Assembly (NCBI GenBank): GCA_965206845.1
Contig: OZ242221.1
Coordinates: forward strand, 352,001-416,000
Length of the DNA: 64,000 bases
Reading direction: 5' to 3'
Source of the DNA: Cenarchaeum sp.
GTDB lineage: Archaea; Thermoproteota; Nitrososphaeria; Nitrososphaerales; Nitrosopumilaceae
The position numbers and the translations under genes were made by a program. The notes under the pieces are model-generated. The model searched no databases, was not told where the DNA came from, and worked only from the letters and a program-made list of their open reading frames with translations. Below are positions 48,876 to 59,340 of the stretch, piece after piece; positions within the stretch are counted from its first letter, which is position 1, and every line of letters starts with the position of its first letter.

Positions 48876-49708
48876 CTACGTTCCCACCCTGATCCCTTCG
48901 GAGCATATCCTGCGCAGCATCTCGACTGCAGACAGGGCGGCCAGACGGCTGGTCTTGGGGTTGTCCTGGTCGGGGACGTTCTCTGTGAGGAACGTCATCC
49001 TGCCAAACCGCCCCCGCGCCTCGATCCTGTGGGAGTTTTTTGTGGCAGAGGGATCCGCCACGATACTCACCTCCGTCCTCTGCGCCCCGAGGCCCGCCAG
49101 GCTGAGAAGGGCGGCCACGTTGATGTTGGCAGGGAACATGGAGACTGCGTTCCGGGCCGGGCCGCGGAATATGGTTGTGGGCTTGGTGATCTCATCGGCG
49201 GACATGTCGAGGGCCGCGAAGAACTTGGCGCCCCGGAGCGAGTCGGGGTGCTTTGTGGTGGTAAGCGTGACCTCCTCCAGCTCGGACCGAACAGACGCAA
49301 GCCCGTCAAGTCCCGCAATGGCACCGGAGGGGAGGTAGATGGTCCTTCCAAACTCCCTGCACGCGTCCTCCAGAACCGCAAAGACCGACTCGTCAAGCAG
49401 GGCCCCGGCGCTCATGATCATGAGATCCTTCCTGTTCTGCAGCACGCTTAGCGCCGCGTCCCTCACCGCATCCTGGGATGCCGCCTCCACCACCAGGTCT
49501 ATGCTCTGGGAGGACAGCAGGTGGTGGTTTGCAACAAGCTGCGGCTTTTTTTGCAGTCTTGAGATCAGGCGGTGTGCCCGCTCGGCTGACGCGTCATACA
49601 CGTGGGTCAGTGCGGCAGCTGCAGTGCGGCAGGTATCTCCCCCGAGTCTATTGCCAGCGCAATCCGGGTGCCTATGGCGCCGCACCCAAGAAGGCCTATC
49701 CGTTTCAA
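48876..49708 (-). pseudogene. nadX: L-aspartate dehydrogenase interrupted by a 14-bp insertion
   Basis: MKRIGLLGCGAIG is in one frame; THVYD, VVEAAS, SGAIAGLD, FPANINVAA, NPKTS are in another; removing 14 bp at a direct repeat restores IPAALTHVYD. Confidence 0.85.
49608..49632 (+). repeat. 11-bp direct repeat separated by 3 bp inside nadX
   Basis: CAGTGCGGCAG-CTG-CAGTGCGGCAG. Confidence 0.9.
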
Positions 49709-49989
49709 TGCGCAAGCTGCCACACGGTTCCTAATTAACTGGATCCGCGCCCTGTCAGGCGCAGGAGCCCTTCCCGGGCGTGCGCCTTCATGCCCGGGCA
49801 GGGGAATGTAGCCACACACTCAGGATAGTCTGCACAGTAAGCATACTAATGACACTGTCCTTAATAATTCGTCAGCCCGCATCCAAGTATGCAGCCGTTA
49901 CGGAGGTCGACTCCAAGACCAATTGAGTTAAAAGTGCACGGGGGGCAGCCTCGCATGATGCCTACGCGCGACCGGAGGGGGACATAACC

Positions 49990-51090
49990 TTGCCTAGCAG
50001 CCCCATGGAGTCCCTGGCCAGGGAGCTGGGAGGGCAGATAAGCGGCGTGGAGCACGACGACATCCTTCTTGGTTCCGGAGAGCACGGGTACAGGATAAGG
50101 CCAGAGGGATTCGTTGCGATAGTGCCAACGGATGCTCCCAAAAGGATTGCCGTGGTGGACGGGGGCAACGGCCGGCTTGAGGAGACGGCCAGCTTTTCTG
50201 TCATGATCAACCGCACCTACTTTTCGCTGTTCAAGGGGAAGAGGAGAGAGAGGCCAAGGACCAGATCCCGAATAGAGTTCTTCTCCACGACGGTAGTCAG
50301 CATACCCAAGGGCGAGGCAAAGGACAGGATCAAGTACAGCATCAGACTGTATCCCCAAAAGCCCGAGGATGCGGAGTATCTGCCCGATGCGGCGGACCTG
50401 CACCAGGACAGGAGCTATCCGGGATTCCACGAGCTGACTCAGGTAGACTCGATGGCCAGGAGGTTTGCGGAGTGGAGAATGGCCGCGCATGTGACAAGGG
50501 CCGAGCTGACCGGCGGGGACATACTGATAATGGACGGCTCCCTGCAGACTGGCTTTAAGAGGGAGAAGAGGTACGCAGACGTGCTGTACGATGAGGCCGT
50601 GGAGAAAGGAGTGACAGTGTGCGGCCTGTCAAAGACCAGCATGATGCTTACGGAGTCCGGCGAGTCCCTGCTGGCCAGGGTGGAGGAGATATCCAAGGAG
50701 GCCGGACATGGCATGTGGTACGTAAAGGTGGCCGACAGGGCCTCGCCCGACGGCAGAGTCATGGTGCTGGTGGCAAAGTTTCATCCAAGGTCGGAGTTTG
50801 TTTTCAGGATTGAGATGCTCCGCGACCAGTTCCAGGATATGGACGCAGGCAAGATCAACGACATACTCTCAAGCATAGCCGCAAACGCAGAGGACATCTC
50901 GATGCTGGGATACCCGTACGCGGCAATTGACGCGGACAGGTTTGCGCAGGTGCGCAACAACGAACTGGAAATGTACAAGAGCATGCTGCGCTCTGAGACC
51001 GTAAACGTTCCGGAGCTGGACTGGGAGAGGATCTACAGGTACCGCAACGCACTGACCGCACACGAAAGGCTAAACGAGGTGACCAGCTGA
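49990..51090 (+). CDS. nurA: DNA double-strand break repair nuclease NurA
   Basis: [32 protein letters not shown]; operon context. Confidence 0.88.
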   Translation: MPSSPMESLARELGGQISGVEHDDILLGSGEHGYRIRPEGFVAIVPTDAPKRIAVVDGGNGRLEETASFSVMINRTYFSLFKGKRRERPRTRSRIEFFSTTVVSIPKGEAKDRIKYSIRLYPQKPEDAEYLPDAADLHQDRSYPGFHELTQVDSMARRFAEWRMAAHVTRAELTGGDILIMDGSLQTGFKREKRYADVLYDEAVEKGVTVCGLSKTSMMLTESGESLLARVEEISKEAGHGMWYVKVADRASPDGRVMVLVAKFHPRSEFVFRIEMLRDQFQDMDAGKINDILSSIAANAEDISMLGYPYAAIDADRFAQVRNNELEMYKSMLRSETVNVPELDWERIYRYRNALTAHERLNEVTS

Positions 51091-52640
51091 TGGGCGCAGA
51101 TGACGGCGTGATAGGCCAGGTGGTCGGCGGAAAGTTTGGCGACGTGATCATACGCCAAAAGGCCGGAACCACCCTGGAGATCGGCTCTCTGCTGGTGTCT
51201 GACGAGGGAAACGGCTTTGTAATCCTCCAGGTGTTTGCCCTGGAATACGCCTCGCAGATTCAGGACAGGATACAGCAGATGCGATCCAGTATCAATCTGG
51301 AGCAGGGAGTCGAGGCCAAGTTTTACGAGCCCGAGTTTGTCAACTACGTGCTTGCCAGGATGAAGCAGATGGCCAGAATCTCAAGCTCAGATCAGGTCAG
51401 CATTCCAAAGAGCCTTCCGACGTTCTTCAACAAGCTGCGGCCGATCTCCAAGGACGATCTGGGCTTTCTGCAGAAGAGAGAGGGAGACATATTTGTGGGC
51501 CACATCAGAAGCGGCACCAAAGTAATCGAGGATGCAGGCGTCTGGCTTCCCGCAGAGGACGTGTTCGCGCACCACATTCTGATTCCCGCCGCCACCGGCC
51601 GGGGAAAGTCAAACCTTGTAAAGACCATACTGTATCACACCATGGACTCAAACAGGGTCGGCGCCTTGGTGCTTGACGCGCACGACGAGTACTATGGAAG
51701 GCATGGCCCCGGGCTCAAGGATCATCCCGATGCAAGGGACAACTTGGAGTACTATACCGCAGAGGATCCCCCACCGGGCGCAAACATGCTGGCCATAAAC
51801 CTGCAGTCGATAAGGCCAGAGCACTTTGAGGGAATCGTGGAGCTCAGCGAGGCACAGGAGAGGGCCATGCGGATGCTATACATGAAGTACAGAAAAGGGT
51901 GGATATCTGCCCTGATGCTTACCGACCCCAGCGCGGCAGAGGACGAGACTGCCGCAAGCACCAGGGCCGTGCTCAAGAGGAAGGTGCAGCTTGTCCTTGG
52001 CCTGGATGTGGACGATGAGGGCAACCTGATCTCGGCTCACAACGTGTTTGACTCTGGAACCAAGGGATTCAAAACGGTGGACCAAGTGGTGCAGCACATC
52101 GAGCAGGGAAGAGTGGTGGTTCTGGACACCTCGCGGCTGGGCGACGAGGCAGAGCTGATAGTCGGAAACATCATCGCCACCAGGCTCCTGCGCAGGTACA
52201 AGCTTCACAAGGCGCGGGGGCAGCTTGCAGACAAGCCCGTGGCAACCATCGTCATCGAGGAGGCGCCCAGGGTCATCGGGGAGGATGTGCTGGCATCAAA
52301 CGGCAACATTTATGCCACCATTGCAAAGGAGGGCCGCAAGTTCAAGATCGGCCTCACCGCAATAACCCAGCTCAGCAGCGTAATACCCAAGACGATACTG
52401 GCAAACATGAACACAAAGATAGTTCTCGGAAACGAGATGAGGCAGGAGCGGGCCGCCATCATCGCGTCGTCCTCGCAGGATCTCTCCGATGACGACAGGA
52501 ACATCGCAAGCCTGGACAAGGGCGAGGCAATAGTCACAAGCATCTTTGTCCCCTTTGCCATGCCCGTCAAGATTCCGCTGTTTGAAGATTTGATAAAGGG
52601 GCGCGCCCCAAGGCGCCAAAAGACGATGAGGGTGCCGTAG
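51090..52640 (+). CDS. herA: HerA helicase/translocase
   Basis: [38 protein letters not shown]. Confidence 0.9.
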   Translation: MGADDGVIGQVVGGKFGDVIIRQKAGTTLEIGSLLVSDEGNGFVILQVFALEYASQIQDRIQQMRSSINLEQGVEAKFYEPEFVNYVLARMKQMARISSSDQVSIPKSLPTFFNKLRPISKDDLGFLQKREGDIFVGHIRSGTKVIEDAGVWLPAEDVFAHHILIPAATGRGKSNLVKTILYHTMDSNRVGALVLDAHDEYYGRHGPGLKDHPDARDNLEYYTAEDPPPGANMLAINLQSIRPEHFEGIVELSEAQERAMRMLYMKYRKGWISALMLTDPSAAEDETAASTRAVLKRKVQLVLGLDVDDEGNLISAHNVFDSGTKGFKTVDQVVQHIEQGRVVVLDTSRLGDEAELIVGNIIATRLLRRYKLHKARGQLADKPVATIVIEEAPRVIGEDVLASNGNIYATIAKEGRKFKIGLTAITQLSSVIPKTILANMNTKIVLGNEMRQERAAIIASSSQDLSDDDRNIASLDKGEAIVTSIFVPFAMPVKIPLFEDLIKGRAPRRQKTMRVP

Positions 52641-53891
52641 TTGGGACGGTTCGCCCACCTTGCAGACGTGCACCTGGGGTTCCAAAAGTTTGACAGCCTC
52701 AAAAAGATCGAGCAGGACGCGTTTGAGGGCATAGTCTCCCAGTGCATATCCAGAAGGGTGGACTTTGTGCTGGTATGCGGCGACCTGTTCCACGTGAACA
52801 TCCCAGACATGGGGACAAACACGTTTGCCTTTGAGCAGTTCCGCCGGCTAAAGGAGTCCGGAATTCCGGTCTACGCGGTGTACGGCAGCCACGACTTCTC
52901 CCCCGTCTCAAAGTCCATAATCGATCTGCTCCAAGCGGCAGGCCTGATTACCAAGGTCACAATTCCGGAGGGCGCCAGCGGCAAGACAAGACTCGGGTTC
53001 ATAACCGATCCCAAAACCGGCGCAAAGATTACAGGGCTTCCAGGCCTCAAGGCCGGAAGGGAGAAGGACCTTTATGAGAACCTCGACAGGGAGGCCCTCA
53101 AAGCCGAAGAGGGCTTTAAGATATTCCTGTTCCACGGGGCCATAAGCGAGCTCGTCTCCGATACCCACGGCGACAGCATGGCCCTCTCACTGCTTCCGCC
53201 GGGGTTTGAGTACTACGCCGGAGGCCACCTGCACAAATACACACCCAGGGAGTATCCTGACTATCCCCACGTAATCTATCCCGGGACGCCGTTCTGCGGA
53301 TATCACAGTGACCTGGAGTACAACGCCCGGGGAGGAAAGCGCGGATTTGTCCTAGTTGACTTTGATGACAGGGTAACAGACGTGAAGTTTGTGGTGATTG
53401 AAAACGCAAAGTACGAGATCATAGACACGAACTGCAATAACAGAAACTCGATCCGCGTTGATGCCGAACTGCGCGACTGCGCAAAAAACATCAACCCGCA
53501 GGGCAAGATCATCATAATAAAGCTTGCAGGCGAGCTCAGCACGGGAAAGACCGCAGATATCGACACCACGGAGGTAAAGGGCGGGCTGATGGAGGCAGGG
53601 GCGCTGGCCGTGAACATCCACAAAAACCAGCTGACATCCAAAGAGTACAACATAACCGGGGTAAAGGGAAAGAACCGGGAAGAGATCACGCACAACATAT
53701 TCGCAGAGAACATCGGAGAGGTAATAACCCGCCAAGAGGAGCTTGCAGGCGAGTCCGGGGTGTCGCTGGCAAAAAGACTGCTTGAGGAACTGGCGCAGCC
53801 CAAACAGGACAACGAGAAGAAGCGGGAGTATGAGGAGCGAGTCGACAGCAGGGCACTAGGTGCGATGGAGATAGACATCAATGATTCTTAA
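52641..53891 (+). CDS. mre11: Mre11 nuclease
   Basis: [29 protein letters not shown]. Confidence 0.92.
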   Translation: MGRFAHLADVHLGFQKFDSLKKIEQDAFEGIVSQCISRRVDFVLVCGDLFHVNIPDMGTNTFAFEQFRRLKESGIPVYAVYGSHDFSPVSKSIIDLLQAAGLITKVTIPEGASGKTRLGFITDPKTGAKITGLPGLKAGREKDLYENLDREALKAEEGFKIFLFHGAISELVSDTHGDSMALSLLPPGFEYYAGGHLHKYTPREYPDYPHVIYPGTPFCGYHSDLEYNARGGKRGFVLVDFDDRVTDVKFVVIENAKYEIIDTNCNNRNSIRVDAELRDCAKNINPQGKIIIIKLAGELSTGKTADIDTTEVKGGLMEAGALAVNIHKNQLTSKEYNITGVKGKNREEITHNIFAENIGEVITRQEELAGESGVSLAKRLLEELAQPKQDNEKKREYEERVDSRALGAMEIDINDS

Positions 53892-56319
53892 CTACATAAA
53901 ACTGGAGAACATCAGGAGCTATGCCGAGCAGGAGATCACGCTTCCCAGAGGCACCACGCTCTTTGGGGGCGACATCGGCTCCGGAAAATCCACAATTCTC
54001 ATGGGAATAGAGTTTGCCCTGTTCGGCCTGGGATCGCAGAAGGGCAGCGGCCTCCTGTCAAAGAGGAAGGACCACGGCAGCGTCACGCTGGACTTTGAGG
54101 TGGAAGGGCGCCTCTACCAAGTCACGCGCGGCCTGATACGCCGCAATGGCGCGGTATCACAGGACTCCAAAAGATCGCACCTCTGGGAGGATGGTGTAGA
54201 GGAGGCGCTGTCGCCCACCGATCTCAAGCAGAGGATACTAAAGATTCTCGGATTCAACGAACCGCCAAACCCGCGCGCGGAGAGCAGGATCTTCAGGTAT
54301 GCCGTATTCACGCCGCAGGAGGAGATAAAGCACATCCTGAGCGACCCAAGGGACAGACTGGAGACGATCCGCAAGGCCTTTCGCATAGAGGATTATCGGG
54401 ACGCAACAGAGAATGCAGGGCGCGTTGCCGCCCTGCTAAAAGCGCGTACCCGCGTACTCAAGGAGAGGTTCAGGAACCTGGAGGAGCTGAAGGAGAGGCT
54501 CGCCGGCATCACGGATGATATCCGCCGGACAGATGCCAGCATAAGCAGCAAGAAGGAAAAGATAGAGGAGGCAGAGGGCCAGAAGAGAAGTCTGGTGCTT
54601 GAGCAGCAGGGTCTAAAGGAACGGGAAAACGAGGCAGCAAATTTAAAACTGAAGAGAAGAGAGATTGAAGGCGAGATCAGGCTCCACAGTGGGAACGCAA
54701 GGACACTCCAGGCCAAAATACAAAAGTCAGATGAGAGCATCGCCAAAATCCAGACCGAGATCGCCAGACTGGAGAGCAAGAGGCCGCCCACCAGCATGAC
54801 CATGGACCAGCTGAACTACGCAATTGGCCGGCGCTCTGAACTGAGGGCAGAGGAGCGAGGCACGGCATCGCTCATAGGAACGACATCCGCCAGAATAGCA
54901 GACCTGGAGAGAAGGCTGGGGACGCAAAGAGACCGGGACGCAGACGAGCTAAGGAAGGCGATCTCCGAGGCGACATCACAGATTGAGGAATCAGCCAGGA
55001 GGCTAGGAACAATAGACAGCAGGATTAGCGAGCTGAAGGAGGCAGAAGGGATGTTCAAAGGCCAGGTAATGGCAGGCCAGGACGAGCTTGACAGCATTGC
55101 AGGGCTGGGAGCCAGATGCCACACATGCAAAAGCGAGATCACAGCAGAGCACAAGAACCGGCTCGAGTCAGGGATACGGAGCAGGATCCGTGAGGCACAA
55201 AACAGCATCGCAGGGATCACTCAGGAACTAGGGGGGAACAGGTCCGAGAAGGCCAGGCTGGAAGGCGAGACAAGCCAAGACAGGGGAAGCATCAATGCCA
55301 TGGAACGCACCATACCGGATCTGGAGGAGCTGCCCAAGAAGAGGGCCGAGCTGCAGGAGTTGAGGCTGCAGCAAGACAAGATACAGAGCCAGTATGCGGC
55401 CATATCAGAAGAGTTTCCGGACCTGCCGGCGAGCATAACCGACGGCGAGCTGTCGTTGCTCAGGAGAGGGCTCCAGGACTACCAGAGCGCCCAGAACAGC
55501 CTAAAGTACCTGAGGGACAATTTGGAGAGGACACGCGGGGATAGAGAGACGGCAGAACAGGAGAGAGAGTCCGCACACAAGAGAATACAGGAATGCGAAT
55601 CCGACATGGAAGCCACCGACGAGCAGCTGAAGTCATTTGAGGGGATTGCAGGCAAGATGGCAGAGCTTGACCGCGAAATCGAGATCCTTGCAAGAAGCAT
55701 CAGCAGAAGCAACGGAGACATTCGCGCGCTAGAAGAGAGGAAGAGTGCAGATGAGGAGAAGAAGCGCGAGCACGATGCGCAGATTGACGAGGCCAAAAGA
55801 TGGAGGAGTGTGCATGAACGGATCAGCGGCCACCAGAGGTGGATAGAGGACTATTTTATTCCCGCCACCAGGCAGATAGAGAGGCAGGTCATGCTCTCCA
55901 TCCAGCAGCAGTTCAACGACACGTATCGCAGATGGTACTCCATCATGATCGAGGATCCGTCAAAGGAGACGAGGATAGACGAGAACTTTGCCCCCATTGT
56001 GGAGCAGGACGGGTTTGAACAGGAGATCGGCTTTCTCTCCGGCGGCGAGAAGACCGGGATAGCCCTGGCCTACCGGCTTACGCTGAACGCGCTGATGAGA
56101 AGTGAGACCGAAAGCATGAAGTCCAACCTCCTGATTCTTGATGAACCCACGGATGGGTTCTCAGACGGTCAGCTCCACAAGATGAAGGAGGTTCTGGACG
56201 AGATGAGATCAGAGCAGACAATCCTGGTATCGCACGACCGTGAGCTTGAGACCTTTGCAGACAGCGTCTTTGACGTGTCAAAGGAGAGCGGCGAGTCAAG
56301 AGTGGTTCCCCACCAATGA
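53881..56319 (+). CDS. rad50: Rad50 ATPase
   Basis: Walker A GDIGSGKST, coiled coils, zinc hook CHTC, LSGGE, LILDEPT, VSH. Confidence 0.92.
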   Translation: MILNYIKLENIRSYAEQEITLPRGTTLFGGDIGSGKSTILMGIEFALFGLGSQKGSGLLSKRKDHGSVTLDFEVEGRLYQVTRGLIRRNGAVSQDSKRSHLWEDGVEEALSPTDLKQRILKILGFNEPPNPRAESRIFRYAVFTPQEEIKHILSDPRDRLETIRKAFRIEDYRDATENAGRVAALLKARTRVLKERFRNLEELKERLAGITDDIRRTDASISSKKEKIEEAEGQKRSLVLEQQGLKERENEAANLKLKRREIEGEIRLHSGNARTLQAKIQKSDESIAKIQTEIARLESKRPPTSMTMDQLNYAIGRRSELRAEERGTASLIGTTSARIADLERRLGTQRDRDADELRKAISEATSQIEESARRLGTIDSRISELKEAEGMFKGQVMAGQDELDSIAGLGARCHTCKSEITAEHKNRLESGIRSRIREAQNSIAGITQELGGNRSEKARLEGETSQDRGSINAMERTIPDLEELPKKRAELQELRLQQDKIQSQYAAISEEFPDLPASITDGELSLLRRGLQDYQSAQNSLKYLRDNLERTRGDRETAEQERESAHKRIQECESDMEATDEQLKSFEGIAGKMAELDREIEILARSISRSNGDIRALEERKSADEEKKREHDAQIDEAKRWRSVHERISGHQRWIEDYFIPATRQIERQVMLSIQQQFNDTYRRWYSIMIEDPSKETRIDENFAPIVEQDGFEQEIGFLSGGEKTGIALAYRLTLNALMRSETESMKSNLLILDEPTDGFSDGQLHKMKEVLDEMRSEQTILVSHDRELETFADSVFDVSKESGESRVVPHQ

Positions 56320-56336
56320 TCACCCCTGGATGAAAC

Positions 56337-56361
56337 AAAAAAGCGGGCCGCGCCGGCCCGC
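56337..56361 (-). terminator. Hairpin plus T-tract downstream of the PIN gene
   Basis: Minus strand GCGGGCCG-GCG-CGGCCCGC followed by TTTTTT, between convergent rad50 and PIN genes. Confidence 0.55.
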
Positions 56362-56366
56362 GGGCT

Positions 56367-56927
56367 TTATTCGCTCGTAATGGGCGAGTTGAGTATCTTA
56401 TTCTTCTTGGGTGGCAAGCCCATCGCGCCTTTGGCAGTCAGCTCGTACCCGGTGGGTGGCCTGCGCTGCGTATCGCACGGCAGGTTGTCTGGGTTTATGC
56501 AGGCGCAGTGGGCCTGACCGGCGGCCTTGGCCAGTCCCTTGTCGCATGTGACCAGGGTTGTCTTTTTGTCCCTGGCAAAGACAAGGATATCGCTGTCTCC
56601 CGTATGCAGGGTCGCGTAGCGCTTCTCCAGCCGTTTTGCCTCGGTGTGCTGCAGGTGGGTAATCTGCTCATATCGGACCGGCGCCTTCAACCGACGGAAG
56701 ACAAGATCCTCGATGGTGGCGTAGTCATAGCCGTGCCGGGATGCTTCTTCGAGCGCCTTTGAGGTTACAACAACGTACGAGTCCTCAAAGCCGATGCGGC
56801 ACGACAGGGAGACCGCAAAGTTTTCGTTGTCACAGATGCGCCTGAGGACGCATGTATCCAGAACATAGCCGGTTTTGCCGGCAGTTTTCATACTTTCGAA
56901 CATACCATCATGTGGTTTTATTATCAT
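56367..56927 (-). CDS. PIN-domain (VapC-like) protein
   Basis: YVLDTC, ALEE, HTGDSDIL, LVTCDKGL; start may be 56891 (MKTAG). Confidence 0.8.
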   Translation of the reverse strand: MIIKPHDGMFESMKTAGKTGYVLDTCVLRRICDNENFAVSLSCRIGFEDSYVVVTSKALEEASRHGYDYATIEDLVFRRLKAPVRYEQITHLQHTEAKRLEKRYATLHTGDSDILVFARDKKTTLVTCDKGLAKAAGQAHCACINPDNLPCDTQRRPPTGYELTAKGAMGLPPKKNKILNSPITSE

Positions 56928-56939
56928 ATAAGGTTATCT

Positions 56940-56988
56940 CCATATTTTATAACAACTAGATCTATTTTTAAATACATATAAAATATGG
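56940..56988. repeat. 12-bp inverted repeat in an AT-rich divergent promoter region
   Basis: CCATATTTTATA (56940-56951) and TATAAAATATGG (56977-56988). Confidence 0.7.
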
Positions 56989-57111
56989 TTATTACATATA
57001 AAGATGTCAATTACACGCGTTCCAATCTTACATACGTTTTAACACGACCTTATTTGGTCAAAATATCAATTGTAAATACAGTATTTATACGAGTATTCAA
57101 TATAATAGGTA

Positions 57112-58356
57112 GTGGGAGAGAAGATACAGTACAACGTTTTAGGCATCTATGAGACGAAGATCCGCGAGCTCGTGGAGGACGGCAGGTACAGAAATCCTGA
57201 TGACTTTATCAGGTCGGCGATCGAGCTCCTGCTGACCTGGGAGAGCCCCCATCCAGAGGAGTGCTTTGATCTGCTGCGAAGCCTGATGCCGTTTTCGGCA
57301 GGGCAGGAGGCATTCCTGAAGAGATCCATGTTCCGCCACATACTGCAGGAGCAGTTCGGGGAGCTGCAGATCGACCGGGAGATGAACGAGGCGCAGAGGC
57401 AGGAGGTTCTGGCCCTGAGCGACGATGACTACCTGAACCTGCAGCACAACATGCTGCAGGTAATGGAGCATGCGAGATCGCTGAGGATTACAGAGCCGGA
57501 GAGCGCAATCCCGTACGACCGGTACCCGCTGCTGCTCGGCTTTTACAGCCGGATTCTTCCGGTAAAGATCGTCCTTGCGGTTCTGGGAAATCTTCTGGAG
57601 AGGGACAAGACGGCAAGCGTGGAGATCTCCGAGCTGCGCGCCCACGCGTACGACATTGCCGAGGAGATCTCCATAATACTGAGCGACTACGAGAAGGGGA
57701 ACAGCATCCCAAGGAACAGGAAGATGTCGACAGGGCTTCCCAAGAAGGGAAACGACGAGGAAGACAGGGAGAAGATAACAATGGCCCAGAAGAGGTTCAA
57801 GGATCAGTACGTTGGGAAGGTAAGAAGGAGCAGGGTTACAAAGACGGAGTACTTTGAGGGGGCGCTCTCCGCACTGGGACTTGCATACGCGACACACGCA
57901 GACGGCAGGACGCTTGTCTCGCTGACGGAGCTGGGCAGAAGGTTCCTTCTGATGGAGAACCCGATAATCCAGGGAAGGTACGCCCAGGGGTCGCTGACAG
58001 GCGAGGAGTCGGAGTTTGTCCTAAACGAGCTCATACCGCAGCGGGATCTGGAGAAGCGGTTTGTGGATGCGGCCATATCGGCAGTCAGGAATTTTGGCGA
58101 CAACACGGATGAGGGCGGCACGAAGATGACCCATGTCCTGAACTCTGAGATCCGCAGGATTGCAGGGGAGTACGCGGCAAAAAACCCCCAGCTGGTAAGG
58201 ACGCATAACATCAGCACGCTGGATCACCCAATCGAGGCAGAGAGAAAGATCACACAGTGGAGGGTAGCCACCATGGGCAGGCTCGCCGAGCTCGGGGCGG
58301 TCAGGTGGACAATAGACAGCAAGGGGGACTCGGTGTACACGCTCGCAGACCCGTAG
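57112..58356 (+). CDS. Hypothetical protein with N-terminal ribbon-helix-helix-like segment and winged-helix-like motifs
   Basis: IRELVEDGRYRNPDDFIRSAIELLL (CopG/RHH-like), SLTELGRRFL, MGRLAELGAV..YTL. Confidence 0.65.
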   Translation: MGEKIQYNVLGIYETKIRELVEDGRYRNPDDFIRSAIELLLTWESPHPEECFDLLRSLMPFSAGQEAFLKRSMFRHILQEQFGELQIDREMNEAQRQEVLALSDDDYLNLQHNMLQVMEHARSLRITEPESAIPYDRYPLLLGFYSRILPVKIVLAVLGNLLERDKTASVEISELRAHAYDIAEEISIILSDYEKGNSIPRNRKMSTGLPKKGNDEEDREKITMAQKRFKDQYVGKVRRSRVTKTEYFEGALSALGLAYATHADGRTLVSLTELGRRFLLMENPIIQGRYAQGSLTGEESEFVLNELIPQRDLEKRFVDAAISAVRNFGDNTDEGGTKMTHVLNSEIRRIAGEYAAKNPQLVRTHNISTLDHPIEAERKITQWRVATMGRLAELGAVRWTIDSKGDSVYTLADP

Positions 58357-58556
58357 CCGCACGCCGCAGCTCCCCGGCACTGCCTGCAATCCTGCCTCCA
58401 GGCCATCTCACTGCATCACCGGATGCGCAGGCGCCGCACCCGGCTGCCGCCCTAGCGTGATCGGCCGTCTTGCAGCCACGACGCTCTCCTGTCACGCCGC
58501 CGGACACCCTGTCGGATCTAGATCCCTTCCTGAACACCGGGCAGTCGGCCACAGGC

Positions 58557-59120
58557 CTATGGAACGACGCTGACCACGTGGATCTCTACCGTCTCGCCCT
58601 GAGCATCGCTGGGGCCAGAATGCGGAAAGTGGGCCATCCCGTGGGAGTGCGGAACCGCGGCAGTCTTTACGTGCACCGCAAAGTCGCCCGGGGCCGGCGG
58701 GGTAACGGAGAGCTCAATGTGGTACCGCTCCCCGGCCCCGACATCGCTGCTGGTCGACTCGATGGACGCGTAGGCGCTACCGTCAGATCCGGCGCCATAG
58801 ACCGAGCGTGGCGGGTCGCCCGCTGCCGCATATCTTGGGGGCAGGTCAAAGTCATACCCCACAAGATCCACATGCGCACCGGCATCCTCCAAGCCGGGAA
58901 AGCCGACCGATGTCACCACGAAATCCGCAAAGTCGCGGTCGTTTACCACGTCCACCCGCAGGCGAAACGACTCGCCCAGGGAGATCACGTCATCGGACAC
59001 GGTGACGGAATGGACCGGTGCAGGATACGAGGTATAGCTCTCCAGGTATAGCGGCGGCACCACCGCCACCATAACTGCAAAGTATGCCGCCACCGCCGCG
59101 ATCACCACCAGTACCTTCAT
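58557..59120 (-). CDS. Hypothetical exported/membrane-anchored protein (beta-rich)
   Basis: N-terminal hydrophobic helix MKVLVVIAAVAAYFAVMVAVV followed by an Ig-like beta-strand pattern. Confidence 0.65.
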   Translation of the reverse strand: MKVLVVIAAVAAYFAVMVAVVPPLYLESYTSYPAPVHSVTVSDDVISLGESFRLRVDVVNDRDFADFVVTSVGFPGLEDAGAHVDLVGYDFDLPPRYAAAGDPPRSVYGAGSDGSAYASIESTSSDVGAGERYHIELSVTPPAPGDFAVHVKTAAVPHSHGMAHFPHSGPSDAQGETVEIHVVSVVP

Positions 59121-59158
59121 CGCTCACTGTTTGTGCAGGGTGGTTTAATAGTTGATCA

Positions 59159-59181
59159 GGGAATTATATACAAAAGTACAC
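59159..59181 (+). repeat. Terminal inverted repeat (tnpB 3' side), copy 2
   Basis: GGGAATTATATACAAAAGTACAC. Confidence 0.9.
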
Positions 59182-59340
59182 AGTACCTTTGCCTTTTGCT
59201 GGCGCTCTTGCACTGCCTCCCACGCTTGGCTCTCGCGTGCTGTTTGCGGAACGCGCGGGAGCAATCCCGCGCTGACTTCTCGCGCCTTCAGACGACAATC
59301 CCTGCCGCCCTGCCGCCACGGCTTCCGCCCTGGAGGCAAT
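59159..59340 (-). ncRNA. Putative omegaRNA scaffold overlapping the tnpB 3' end
   Basis: Same hairpin as copy 1 at 59253-59272, at an identical distance from the element end; boundaries inferred. Confidence 0.45.

Noticed and set aside
49990-56319. nurA-herA as an anti-phage HerA system
   Set aside because: It sits in the canonical archaeal nurA-herA-mre11-rad50 repair operon.
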